The notes: generated by a model not told the origin, from the letters alone. 62,763 bases of DNA, filler included, from Choristocarpus tenellus KU-1152 (GCA_964200185.2; 8 parts of 8 records of this genome joined end to end with filler, not necessarily neighbours in it), one strand, 5' to 3'; positions 37,671 to 50,769 are shown, numbered from the whole stretch's first letter. A program made the numbers and translations.

Positions 37671-40600
37671 ATGAGGTGGGGAAGTTTACTCACAACGTTG
37701 GGCGGGTGTTGTGCGATATTTTCTCTAGGGATCAGCGACAAAAGTGTTGCGGTTGTTACAGCAGTATTTGGGAGATACGACAAACTCCACGAGCCCCCAG
37801 CTCAAGCAGCTCAGCTGGCAGATTTTTTTTGCTTTACGGACGCAGTCCTGGATGCGGACATCCTGGCAGATACTGAAGGAAACCGTAGACTTTCGTCGCT
37901 CTGGCGTCTGATACGCAGTGATAGCCACCTGACTGATATGGGGAATGACATTGGCGCCTACAACTCCCTATCTCGAAAAAACTATTTGAGTGTAGATACG
38001 CTCTCTATGATGAGTGCGAAGTACTATAAGATCAATCACCATCGGATCCCCGTACTCCAGAGGTACTCCGTCACAGTTTGGGTTGATGCGTGTTTCATCA
38101 TCTCCGCGCCTGATTTTGTACAACGAAGCGTGGCGTTCTTGAACGAAGAGGCTGCCGACTTTGCCGTTTTCAGACATGCTCATGCTTCCAATGTAGCAGA
38201 GGATGCAGTCCGTGCGTATGCTCTGGCACACAAATATCGGGGCCAGCTTGTGTTGCAACAGGAGGCGCGCTACACTGAAGAGGGCTTTCCTGACGATCAA
38301 GGTCTTCTGGTAAGCGTGCTGTACCAAGAACTGAAGTTAGGTAGATAAGCCTAACCCCCCGTTCACTTTTTTTGTCGTCAAAACTAATTTGTTTGTCCTC
38401 TGTTGAGAGTCGAAGTAACTTTGAGAGTAGAGCCACGTCCGTTTGGGGACCAAAATCCAATGTTGCGACTTTGATGTAGTTTTGGCTATCGTGTTTGTTA
38501 GGAAGTGTAAATACCCTCGTTCCAAACGCATCTTTTCATAACATAAACATTTTACCTACTTTGAAACATTTTGAGTAGGAAAATGACATTAAAAAAATCC
38601 GCGGGAAGCCAAGCCCCAAACGGACAAACAGGGCAAACTCCTACCCTCTAAGATATTTTCACTCTTGAGACAGTACCACAATTGTCAGTAAAATATTGGT
38701 GTAGAAGGTCTTCCCTCCAAGTGTAAAGCACGCAATATGGGTGCTTCCTGGCGCTGCCTCAGATCTATATCACTCCAACCCCATCTGCTACCTCATGGTG
38801 GATGATTTTGTCCCCTTTCACCTCTCAAAGACCTCTCGCTGTGCATTTTTCGGGCAACACTTACATTGTGACCGTCAAGGCTGGAGGGTTCCTTGTGCGG
38901 CTGGGCTCTTCCTCGAGGGTTTCCTTAGCGATGGACCTTTGGTGGAGAGAGATCCAGTCAGGGAGCTTTCAGGACCAGATCAGTCTGCCCTATGTGCGGT
39001 GGAAGCAACCCGACTTCAGAATACGTGTTCTGGAAGAAGATATATACAGCTTAGCAGGGATGGGCAGACACATTGGTCATGCACGCAAACGAGCTATTGT
39101 AGATACCACTGGACCACGCAGAGCAGTTGACCTCCGAACTGATCCACAATTCGTCCTATCTGTGTTCTGGGCCACAGAGAAGAGCTCTGAGGAAATTCTC
39201 GTACATATATTGCCTGGGGACAATCCAAAAGAGGTTAGGTGCAAAACTGCCTCTGCAGAGTGGGATGATAGTATGTGCTTTGATTTTGGGGTGAAAGAGC
39301 CGTTTTGTAGCCCATATGAGCCCATAGGAGCCCACTCCATCGCCTTTGTTAGTTGTGAAATGGTCAAAATGATTGATAAAGCATGCTGACCTTTTTTGGT
39401 CTTCATTTTATTTATCTGTACGCTTCGCTTCCCACTCGAACTCCACAGTGCCTCAGTCGTTTCCTTGTCTGTACTGCACTATCAGGTCGCTCTGACATTT
39501 TGTGCATGCCTAGAGCTTCCACCGGAGTATCCTCAAGAGGCATGTCAATCTGAAATCGAGGCTGAAGTGGAACGACGGTTTGGGCATCAATTGAACAATT
39601 CTGCTGCTGTTGCAAACAATGGTCTAGGCCAAGTGAACAAAGCTGTGCAATCCATTATTCCAGTGGTTTCAATCGATAGGAACAGGACAGACTCAGAGGC
39701 CAATGTCATCCTGAACATTTACTGTGATGAGGATGCATTGCAGGTTTGCGAAAGGTTGTATACATAAGCAAGAGAACTGCAATATTTGTGATGACTTGAA
39801 TGAATGGTGGAGAGTTATGATCAGCCTAATATTGTCCATGAGTCGCAACAGTTGGAACTTCGTGCACAACTGTAGGCATGGGCATCAACATCAACCTGTG
39901 GAACCGTATCTGTGCTCTGGAGAATTGAATAATAACCTATTGCAGCAAGACTTTATGCTTTCTGACACTAGTATATACGAAGCTTGTATCTAGTGCACTT
40001 TCAGTGAGTGCACTCCTTGCATGTAACTGCTGGAGTAAAGCCCTTGTGAGCAACACTTAGATTTGAGTACAACCTTGCATATTGAGGAAGATCACACTAT
40101 GGAAAAGTCATCATTTCACAATCACACCAGATGGAGTAATGATATTATGTGCGTGTTACGTAAATATCGATTTGTACAGTCCATGGGAATATCAAACCTG
40201 AAGCAGAGTCATGGCCTCCATTATGCATTTCGTCGTGTGTGCTAAGAGTGAAAGTATCTTAGAGGGTACAATTTTTGCCTTGTTCGTCCATTTGGGACTT
40301 AGCTTCCCAAGGCTTCTTTTATGACATTTTCCTACTCCAAAATGTTTCGGAGTAGGTAAAATGTATACGTTATGAAAAGTGTTTCTAACACATAGGTATT
40401 GACACTTCCTAACAAACACGATGGCCAAAATTACATCAAATCGTAACATTGTATTTTCACCCCCAAATGGACACGGCTCTACCCTATAAGATACTTTGGC
40501 TCCTAATTGGTGAGTGAGTAGAAAGAGAGTCAGAGTATCCTGGAGGGGGGTATGGTTGAATACCAGGGATCTGTGGTGTGAAAGCACTCTTTTTTTCTTT

Positions 40601-40980
40601 TCAATCACCTGTACATCCCTCCACTCTCAAACCCAGGACAAAGATTCTATTCAAGGTATCTCATCTACCATAGCCACAACAACCAAGCAGAATATACTAC
40701 ATTTTCAGCACAGAAATGAGGGGCCCGACACAAGGCTTGAAAATCCTTCAATCAAATTTTGAAAATCAGCTAATAGTACCCCCCCTATGAATGGTTTGGC
40801 TCAGAATTATACATTTATGCTCCTGCCTGTGAACACCTACAGGTAATTTCGAACTGGTGCCAAAAGGATGGGAATCCTGAAATGATAGGCTTACATTCCA
40901 GTGCAGAATGCCAATCCATGATTGTTGCTGCAACAGCTGAGTTGTTGGCTGAGTGTACAGTTGAAATGGAACTTAAGTAA
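37671..40980 (+). CDS. TOD1/MUCI70 (DUF616)-like glycosyltransferase with N-terminal signal/anchor; 4 exons, ~462 aa
   Basis: Exons 37671-38309, 38880-39233, 39486-39743, 40843-40980, all phase 0. Motifs TAVFGRYD, FCFTD, AKYYK, VWVDA, FRH, GGFLVR and WWREI...DQISLPY. Confidence 0.8.
38407..38664 (+). mobile_element. MITE family A in intron 1 of the glycosyltransferase gene, TSD TTGA
   Basis: GAGTCGAAGTA...AGATATTTTCACTC flanked by TTGA on both sides. Confidence 0.9.
40246..40502 (-). mobile_element. MITE family A in intron 3 of the glycosyltransferase gene, TSD CTAA
   Basis: GAGTGAAAGTATCTTAGAGGGTAC...AGATACTTTGGCTC flanked by CTAA on both sides. Confidence 0.92.
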
Positions 40981-43282
40981 CTGACAGACAGGTGAAATTC
41001 CAGCAACAGGGTTAACCCATCCTAACCGGGTCGTGGAAGAATATTGTTGTGTGCAGGTGAATATTGCACAACAGTCATTTTATCGCAATCTCTATCTACC
41101 TCTACTTCTTGCACTCACCAACACAATGTATTTGAAGCACCCCAGAATGTTTTAAGAGTGCCTATACTCAAGAGCATTTGTCGAGTTCCAGCTCAATCGT
41201 AACCTCAGCACAAAACCTATGGTGCTAAATGTGTGTATGTACCAACAAATATACAGCATAGGACAAATTTGTGCTAGAAATGTGGGAATGCCTTTCAATG
41301 CATAGGAAACACCATTGTTTGCAGTAGTTTCATGAGTGCAGGGTAGCATGCTTGCTGGAGAATGCTTGCACTACAGCAGTACCTACCGCTAGGTAGGAGG
41401 GAACCTCCATTTGATGCACATGTGTAGATAAGAAGGGGTAATCTTGCAAAGTGTGCACCTTAGATTGAAAACTTACATAATTCGCGGAGAAACTGCTCGT
41501 CCTTCAGATTTTTTGCCTTAATCACCGTCAACTGCATAATCTATTTACTGGAAGTGTGTACGAGATTCAGAGTATGTATTATCCCTGAGGTGTGTGAGTA
41601 ACAACAGAGTTGAGAAACTTGGGGTAGACAAGTATGATGACAAAAGGAATGATGCCATGAACAATCTCAAAGTGGGGAAGTGTAGAAATAATGCATCTTG
41701 AGATAATTGGGTTGTGCAGGAGGAGGGAGAGTAGAGTTCAAATAGAGCAAGGACCCTCATTAGTTGAAGCACTGGGCATTCGAGTGAAACAGGTACAAGG
41801 GGAACCATGGCATCTTGCTTCGGGAACCATTATGAACACCCCTAGAGTGAAATTAATGACACTGAACGAAAACATATGAAATATACATGTTGGCGTAATA
41901 TATTAATGCTCCACAGATCCATACTTGATTGGAGTACTTCAGTTTAGAAGGCCATCACTGAACCAAGAGCAATTTGTCCTTGACCTTTCCCTTGCCCTTG
42001 GTGAGAACGCTTAATCAATACAAACTTGTTTCACCCCTCATGATAAAAATGATACAAAATTGGGAAGCAGTGGTCTTACTGGTACCTTCAATTGAAGTAC
42101 TATAATAGGAGCTTTATCGCACCACAGAACATTTTCATTTGCTCTTCACACTTTATTCACTGGCATTTTCGTATTTCACAAGAAGCCCCATTGGCGGAAC
42201 GTGCACCTAAGGGCATCTCTATCTGGGCGATGAGAAAGGTGGTGAAATGAGATGAGCTTGTCCCTTACCTAATGACTGGCAGGACATCAGCAGTATACAT
42301 ATGACAGAAATGCAGGAATTTGCACTGGAGATCAGAAGGGATAAGCTCGCAACTTAATGCATGTCGTGGGAATAGATTAAGAAGTGCCTCTGCTAGCAAT
42401 ACAATCTGGGATAGACGTGGAGAAAAATGTGTCTGGAGATCTCCCAAGAGTTGTTGGGGTCATAAGCATTTCCCAACCTACTGCCTCAGTACTTCTTTGT
42501 GGTTATCCTGCACATGAATAAATCATACAAAACCACCCACTTGCACATGAAAAATCATTTCCCTATAGGTATTTTCTTCAATGACGGCAGATGTCAAGGC
42601 CAAATTCCACGCAACCCCAAGTATTCAATGCAAGAGGTGGGCGTCCTTGGACATTAGTTGACCATTTTCAGTGATGAAAAATTGGATCTATAGTTAGAGT
42701 GCCACAATACAGCTGGCTATCCCCTATTATTGTCATGTGCAGAAAAATCTTCATATTTATTTTAAGCGAACTGCTCTTTGAGAGTAGAATGCCCCCTGAC
42801 CTACTGGGAAAGAGGATGAGTCTGCTAGCCTATTGATCCAATGTAATGGTCTCACTGATCATTATTTTCTCACACCAATTATTGAGATGCTGCTATCGGC
42901 CTTACCTGCAGTTGGGGGATCTCCTGCAATAAATAGTGGCGTGTTGATTGAGGATTGTGTCGCCAGATGATCTGTGTTATAGTTCCGTATGATATACTCA
43001 GGTGCCTTGTAGCGTACGGAAACTACACTGAACTACAATATGATTTATAGTGGATGTAGTGCATCTAGGTCACCGTGCATCTATCCATTACACCATTCGA
43101 ATCAGCACACTCTAAAAAAATAATCTTACTGGTAACATGTGACACATTGCCATCAAACAAACAACAACCACCCTGCAACGTTACTACTAGTCAGTGGATT
43201 CGAGTGACATGATCTGCTTGTCCAGTCAGTACCTGCCACACCACCAGCGACATCCAAGGTGGAAAAAAATACTAAATATGAG

Positions 43283-43832
43283 AGTAGTAACAAGTGTTTT
43301 CAGAACTATTTCTACATCATTAAAATAACCGTTGACATACATACTATAGAGAAAACAATAATTTTTTGGATGAAGAGTTTTTCAAGAACTGGAACAGGTA
43401 TTTTCGTCTCTGAATGGTAGTCTTCTCGAAAGATTATAATTGTATTGATATTCTGACCATTGATTTTTTTGGAATAGGACCACAATGATTTGTTGACCAT
43501 TTGGTATCTAGAAGAACTTCAATACAGTGGAATAAATTGAACCATCGAATACATACTTCTGTCCGGTTGCAAACTGATGTACCAGTTAACGCAACATCAG
43601 AGTTGGGTGGTAGAGTAGGACATGAAATATTGTCTATATTGGCTTTAAAGTGCCAACAGAGCGTGCGCACGCCCACAACACTCTAAAGATTACACCTCAT
43701 TTCAACAAGGTCCCCCACCAGCTACAGACTACAGTATGCATGAAAATTCCGTTTCAGTTTTGTTTTACAAAACACAATGGCCAAAAAATCCCGTTTCTAG
43801 GAAATTTCGTATTGGGTTTTCAAAAGTTCAAA
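43283..43832 (+). repeat. Dispersed repeat family D, contiguous ~550-bp copy
   Basis: Left and right parts match 33657-33990 and 36020-36270. Confidence 0.7.
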
Positions 43833-44208
43833 CTGGGTTCAAACGATCTGCGGTAAGAGCCACTGATACCGGTAACAACATACAAATGCACAGACACACA
43901 GGAAGGAAGGCAGGCAGGCAGAAGACACACAGTTACACACACAGTCACACACACACAAACAAACAGGAATTGCTTGATTTTGTAAATATGCATGTGAAAC
44001 CCCTCATGGTTTGAGCGTCTAAGAGGAAGGATAGAAGAGGGAGGGCGGTGTGACTCCTTACGCATTTGCACGCAAGGGAGTTTATTGTGTTGAAGGTCAA
44101 GGAGTTTCAAAAATTGACCTACACTCGAACAATATCTTGAGTGTATGTAACAAGACTCGAACTTGAAGCAAGTCGCAAAAGAGAAGACAGCTCACTAGAG
44201 TCAATTCT

Positions 44209-44475
44209 GAGTCAAAATATCTTAGGGTTAGGGTAGAGCCATGTCCGTTTGGGGGCGCCAAGATCCAATACTGCTGCGATTTTGATGTAATTTTGACTAT
44301 CATGTTTGTTAGGAGATGTCAATATCCTTGTCTGGGCACTCCTTTTCATAACGTACACATTTTACCTACTCTGAAACATTTTGGAGTAGGTAAAATGTCA
44401 ATCAAAACCCATGGGAAGCCAAGCCCCAAATGGACAAACAAGGCAAAAGCCGTACCCTCTAAGATACTTTCACCC
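44209..44475 (+). mobile_element. MITE family A
   Basis: GAGTCAAAATATCTTAGGG...TACCCTCTAAGATACTTTCACCC; no clean TSD. Confidence 0.88.
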
Positions 44476-44511
44476 AAACGTCAATTCAAGTTCAGTCTGT
44501 GAAGCCAGGGG

Positions 44512-45833
44512 TTAGTACGGTATTGTTGGACCGTTAGCGATGGGGTATTGGATGTCAAAATGCCGAGATAGCTGCACCGCGCTTACACTGGGGCCATCGC
44601 GCTTCTTGTGTTCTCTCCACATACCAAGAAGGATCTCCTCCAGCTTTTTTGTCTCTGGTGGAACATAGTGAGGGGAAGAAAGGGATTGGGTTAGTTGGAT
44701 CACCAATGCCGAATTAATATGGATATGGGCGACGAAAAGTAGGCGATGCTTCATAATCGTTTCACGAATCATTTCCTGGGAAGGAGCCGTGAGAACCTCA
44801 CCTTCTCCCGCGCATATCTGCACAAGGGTGGCGATCGAATTGTAGAACTGGGTGGAGGTTTGTTTGGTCGCCGAGTCTTCTCATCCCGATTTCCATGAGT
44901 GTGTCCTCCCACGCTTCCGTTAGGAATACCTTTATTTTTGCTGCAACCCTCCTCTTTATTGCCGTCTGGAACGCGGCGTCAGCACTCCGGAAGTCTGTGT
45001 CTCTCAGACAGTATTGGTTGCATCGGGTCACCAATGTTGTCATGGATGTGCGACGATCAGAGTCCTCACCCGTATCCTGCACTTAGGGGTGGGACCTGTC
45101 ACACCTGAAGTTGCGCCTATACTCCATGATAGCTGCAACCCAACACGCCATCCAATGGATTGTGTCCAGGATGTTGGGCATGTGTAATCTGCTGGCCACC
45201 ACACTCTCTCCTATGGATATCGATTCAGCCTTCTCGCGATTGCAGTGTGGAAATATCTTCCACATGAACCTCCTGTGCTCACCTATCTGGAGGTTCGCTC
45301 CGACGTCTGAGGCCCATCGCGTTGTGACGTGGGCTGGGAGGCTGATGCCACATGGGATATTATCCTCCTTTGCCACGCACTCGATGGGCCTCAGGAGCAT
45401 GATCCTATGTTGTCCATTCAGACAAAACAAGACGTTATCGTCATCGTCTGGATCCCTAGCGTCGCCATCCTCATCTAGTTCCAGGTTGCCGTTGGCAATG
45501 TAGTGTGCGAGCAGTTCGCCGTCGGGCACAGCAGAGGGTACCTTTGACCTGTGCATGTTGGCCTTGAGCTTATTGATGGTTTTCCATCTCGAGCACAAAG
45601 AGAAAGGCTGTCCACTCAGGATCCCCGCGAGCTTATCAGTGGCGACTTGTGGGTTTGGGCCCAGCGTTGAAAATATGGACTCTACCCTATCCTTATCAAG
45701 GAGATTGGCATTGTATCTCTGGGACAAGAAAGCAGATGTGGTCAGGTCGACCGTACAGTTCGCACTGAGGTTTGACGTGATCAACTCTGTCGTCTTTTCC
45801 TCTTCAGGTTTCTTTGGGCCTCCAGCCGACTGC
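44512..45833 (-). pseudogene. Disrupted gene with a ParB/Srx/DGQHR-like motif
   Basis: Acceptor CTTCACAG at 45834. Encodes LLDKDRVESIF...VLFCLNGQHRIMLL (NGQHR at 45404-45418). An in-frame TAA at 45083-45085 is followed by 94 more open codons, then an apparent frameshift near 44820. Confidence 0.55.
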
Positions 45834-47244
45834 CTGTGAAGGTAGGGGGGGATATTTTATGGCAACAATATCAGCAAATGAGAAGGATATCGACGCAGGG
45901 GCGGATACTATTGTTGGGCGATGACAGCAAGGATGTTGTTGCATAAACAGTGATAGAGTATGTGATCAATGATGACGGGATCTGTAGGGAGTGCAAGGTT
46001 TGTGTTCATGCGTGGGCTAGGCAAACGCGAGATGATAAGGGCAAAGCGCTGTTGTCATCATGAGGGCGGCATAGCGTTTTCCGTGGACACTGCTATTTGC
46101 AAACATTTGTTGAATGGTAAACCCTGCCAACATGGAAGGAATATTGAATATGAGAACGCACCAATACCGTATGCAGATGAAAAGGATTTACGCGCCAACC
46201 CGGGTTAGATGTTGGGAGGGTAACCATGCACAGGTTCGTGTTTGACATAGGGCAGACAGTAATGAAGAAATTTGATGTGTTACGTCGGATAGTAAAGGTC
46301 ATCAATTTCCAAAGCACGGCAAAACGGGTTGGGGGTGGTGTGTGCCAATTTGGAACAAGAACCCTAAGCAGGAAAACATTAAGTTGAACCGCGAAAGTGA
46401 AACCAGTTTGAAACCAATATGGCAATTTTGGAATGTACTTCGAAGTAGATATTTGGTATGTTCTGCCAGTTGGCAGAGGCCATCAAATTCTAAAGTGAGG
46501 TTACCGCGTTTTTTTTACTAAGCTACGCGCGCGTGTTGATTCCAACGCGCGAGTTAAACCGAGATTGCGTTGCAATGCAATACAAACCTTATCGGAAACG
46601 TTCCAATCGTATTGGAGCCCTAACATATGCGTATCGATAGTGTCACCACATAACATTCGACAGATGGATGTTGTGGTTCGTGGAATTGGATCGTGGAATC
46701 TTAGTTCTATTTCGGATCAGTTGTCTGATTATTCTCAACATAAGTCACTGCAACCGATGTTCCAGTTTCGGAAAAACGTTCGGTTGAATTCGCTGGAATT
46801 AATTCTGGCGATAGCCGCTGCATTGCCAATACGTCAACATGTTAGATGTAAGGTGACATCTGTCTCTTCGCGGATTGGGTTGAGTGTTCACGATGTAGGT
46901 AATTAATGTCGGTTAGGGTTAGGGTTAGGATCATGGGTGTTGCCTTCAGGGTTTGCAACGTCAGCGACTGGGGTGGATGGGGTGATTACGGTAGGATGGA
47001 GGCTTTGGATGGTGGGCTGCCGACAGGGTATGGTGTGCGCGGCGCTCTGATATGTGAGTAAAGAGATTACACGTTGCTTAGATTTCGTCACGGATGCATA
47101 TGGTATTTCGATATACGGTCGGTGTTAGGTTAGGTCCAATGTCAAATGCGGTCGGGGTCTGTGACGCTGGCACTGCTGGTGGCAGAAGACGGTTTATGAA
47201 CGACTTTGATCAAACAAATTATAGATGCCGTGGAGTAGTGATTT

Positions 47245-47418
47245 TGGTGATACCACTATTGACAACTGGTGTGTACACAGTTCTAATGGTAAGAAATACA
47301 GGGCATCGAATTTGAGATGGTGATACCACCACTGACAGCTGGTGTGTATGCAGTTCTAATGGTAAGAAATACAGGGCATCGAATTTGAAAACGTTGGTGA
47401 CACCACTATTGACAGCTG
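47245..47418 (+). repeat. Tandem duplication, ~73-77-bp unit x2.3
   Basis: TGGTGATACCAC...CAGTTCTAATGGTAAGAAATACAGGGCATCGAATTTGA repeated; units start at 47245, 47318 and 47395. Confidence 0.92.
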
Positions 47419-50400
47419 CTTCGTACAAGCTCCGAATGAAAACGAACACATAACATGTGCAAAGACGTGTGGTTGTGTTCATGACCGAGAAAAGCGCAAT
47501 AAGGGGTGGATACGTTGGAAACTCTTCAACACGCACACATTGCCAATCTTGGCCTAACGTGAGCATTTGCTCCCTGGATTTCAAACCGCCATGACATGGA
47601 GGCCTCTTAGTGCACACCAAAAAAATTGTCACCAGTGTCGACAGACCAGTGCTATATACGGCGGGATGGACAGACTGGCATGCATAGGGGGGGTCACGCC
47701 GATTTTGACGTGAAATTGCTTTCATTCAGAATTGTATCTGGAGGTTCCGAAAGATATTTACGCAGGTTGTAACATATCAGTGGTGGTCGAAATTGGTATG
47801 GTCGTAGACCTGAAAACCTTTCTGCATAACGCGGTGGGGTATCAATCGCTACCACTTTGCACAGTATTGTGCGGGAGGGAATGTAATTAGGAGAGTGCCT
47901 ATGTCGTGTCTGTTTGTACGGGCGATCTTGTGTGAACCAATGTAGCATGGTGGACAGCAACACCGTCTATGCCTAACCCGAATTTGGTCTATACATTTAG
48001 AAAACAATAACGAGATAATTACTAATGCGAAGGGCATGTTCATGCTTTCACCAAAGCCAAGTACAAGAGATGTTGGAACTCTTTATCGAGAGGAATGCAT
48101 GCATAGAAATTGGCGGGATACATTACACATCGTGAATGGCCGGTTGTCAAGGAAGGCTTGACCCCGGATGGGCATGTTAGGTACGACACATTATGCGACA
48201 ATGGTTGGGTTAGGGGCCGTGACTATGGGATCATACAACCGCTTGGGTGCACGATGATGTCACCCACATGGTAATACATGCTATGTGAACAGACTAAGGT
48301 CGCAACATCCATCAAAGGCGCTAAATCATTATGGTGATTGTGATATTGGTCATTCAGAAACGCTCCCGAATGAGCCGCACAAAGGGTGCACGTTTCTGGT
48401 AGGGGGACTCACCTTCTGGTTCCCTTTGGAGGCATGGCGGCATTTGGAGGTTGGACTAAGCGTCTCCTTTGATCGCATGATGTCTGCATCGGGTGGGCAC
48501 ATTGCAAATGGGACAGGGGAAACCAACTGAAGGAGGGAAAGAAAATGCTTTGCGCATCGAGTCAGGTCCAGAGAGGACGGCATGCTGCGGCCAGGTTACA
48601 TCATCCTCGAGTTGTACGCACCTGATCACCTTGCACAAAGAAGAACTCCAGTCGTCTTTTCCCCTTCCGACACGCCCGGCGTTTAGCGTTTCGTACAGCA
48701 CACACGGATAGCGGCAGATGAGTTCGATCTTTGTAAAAGAGATACGCACCTAGTCTCCCTTGACCAAGAAAGTACGGTCTTTTCGACCTTTTTCTTTCGG
48801 TGTGTAACAAGTTCACAATAATCAATAAAAGAACAACCGACCTTACTGAATGTTGGACCCCTAGAAGATATTTTATATACTGGGGTTCTAAACAGGCTAG
48901 TTCGAGTGTTACTTCTTCTCGGGAATCAAATAGGAAATTTAGAAAGGGGAGTTTTGCCCTCTTTGCTAATACATTGAAATTTAAATATGTTTATGTCTGT
49001 GACGACGACGTTGAACTAGAACAAATAGAGTTACAGTTGTATATATACAGTACCTACCCCGATTTTGTGCACCCATGGGTATGCCCGAAAAAAGCGACAC
49101 AGAATTTATATGGTACAATATGTGGAAAGCATGTTTGTCTGTTATTATACCGTATTGCTCGTATGCCATATACCGTTATACCGTGGTACTGNNNNNNNNN
49201 NNNNNNNNNNNNNNNNNNNNNNNNNNNNNNNNNNNTTAATTAATTAANNNNNNNNNNNNNNNNNNNNNNNNNNNNNNNNNNNNNNNNNNNNAGGGTACTC
49301 TCCCAGTGTGGGGGGGGGCGTGGAGTGGAAGGATTTGTTGACCTAGACAGACCTGAATTGGTTCAGGGGCCTGGAAAGAGTCAATTGGGGTGGAATTAAC
49401 ATTATGGTTACTGAGATAACATTTTGGGATTAATGGAGGTTACAAGGGAGGAGGAGGGTGTATAAGTGCAGGGGAGACTTGCAGTAGTTGATATCAAAGT
49501 TGGAGCAGAGATGAGCCCTGAGTATCTAGTTTGGATCCACCAGAATTTCAGCAACTGCTGCTTTGTCTGATTGCAAGCCGGGAATCTTGAAAAGTTTTCC
49601 ACGGGATGTTACACTGGATGTCGCACGTTGTTGTGACTCTCAAGAGGAGGCGTCCTTATCATCTTGAGATATCGTTAGAACGCCTCCAAGAAGGTCGTTG
49701 ACACTCTTTGGATTGACAATGGCGAAGAATTAACTAACTGCATGCGAAGGCGTGTAATATATATATGTATGTATGCATGTGAACGTGGAAATGATGTCTA
49801 TGGCGCTCAGATCGGTTCCGAACGGGACTTGTCCGTGACCGTGTTATCATTATTATTATTGTTGTTATTGTTGTTTCATTTTTTTCTTTTCCTTCACGAC
49901 TGTTGTTCCTTTTTTTGTACGTCCGGGTTTTGTAGTATGTGTGTATGCTCTGCTTTTTTTTCTGTGCAACGACGCCTGCCTGATAATTGCACCGTGCTTA
50001 GAACTAATGTCAGATAATAGATCGGTAGACCAGTAGCAGATGGCTTAAAAAAATATCAGTAGTAAAGATAGTGTCCTGTGGTGTGCTTTAAAAAATTAGA
50101 AAGTGTTATCCTGGAGAGTGACCTTGCACCTTTCTCCTTACCTTGTAGCACAATGGGTTTCCTCCGATCCAACCCATTGTGTCTACCTTAAATTACATCC
50201 AACTCATCATTTTGATATTTTCTCGCTGTTGTTAGTATCGTGTAGCACAAATTTGATCCCTCTGCATCCCTGCACCCCTTGCCTATCCAAATCTCTAACC
50301 CTTACCTCTTATTATTCAAAATGCTTAACCTTTTGCCCATCCAACGCCTTCCTGATCTTGACTGATCCACGGCTGTATGGTGGCCCATGTTGCCCCCAAC

Positions 50401-50423
50401 ACACACATGTGCACACACACACA

Positions 50424-50458
<35 letters not shown>

Positions 50459-50489
50459 GGGTTCATATCAAAATCAAAACCCGACATAG

Positions 50490-50747
50490 GGCATGGGCGT
50501 TGAGCAGAGCAAAGAACGTGCTCTGGAGTTACTGACTCGAGCTGGGGGGGTGGAAGCTGGGGGAGAGGAGGAGGCTATGCTGGCAGCGTTGATGGAAGAG
50601 ATTGAGGTAGAGGATGGTGTGAGCATGGTTGAGGGCGATGAGGGCATGGGAAGCGAGTTGTCTGAGTCAACACTGATGTCACCACCACTTCAGTCTGATT
50701 CGCCACAAACATCGCAAAATGAAGAAGGGAGGAGAAAAAAGGGATGA
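50490..50747 (+). CDS. Terminal exon of a probable Sel1-like repeat protein with an acidic tail
   Basis: Acceptor CATAG|GGC. GMGVEQSKERALELLTRA fits the second half of a Sel1 repeat (GxGVxQDxxKA). Stop at 50745-50747. Confidence 0.55.
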   Translation, partial: GMGVEQSKERALELLTRAGGVEAGGEEEAMLAALMEEIEVEDGVSMVEGDEGMGSELSESTLMSPPLQSDSPQTSQNEEGRRKKG

Positions 50748-50769
50748 CAACAAAATTAAAATAAAATAA

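Noticed and set aside
47245-47418. CRISPR-like array (also considered for 5478-5551 and 11696-11832)
   Set aside because: Whole units are duplicated with no unique spacers, there are only 2-3 copies, no cas genes, and the context is eukaryotic.
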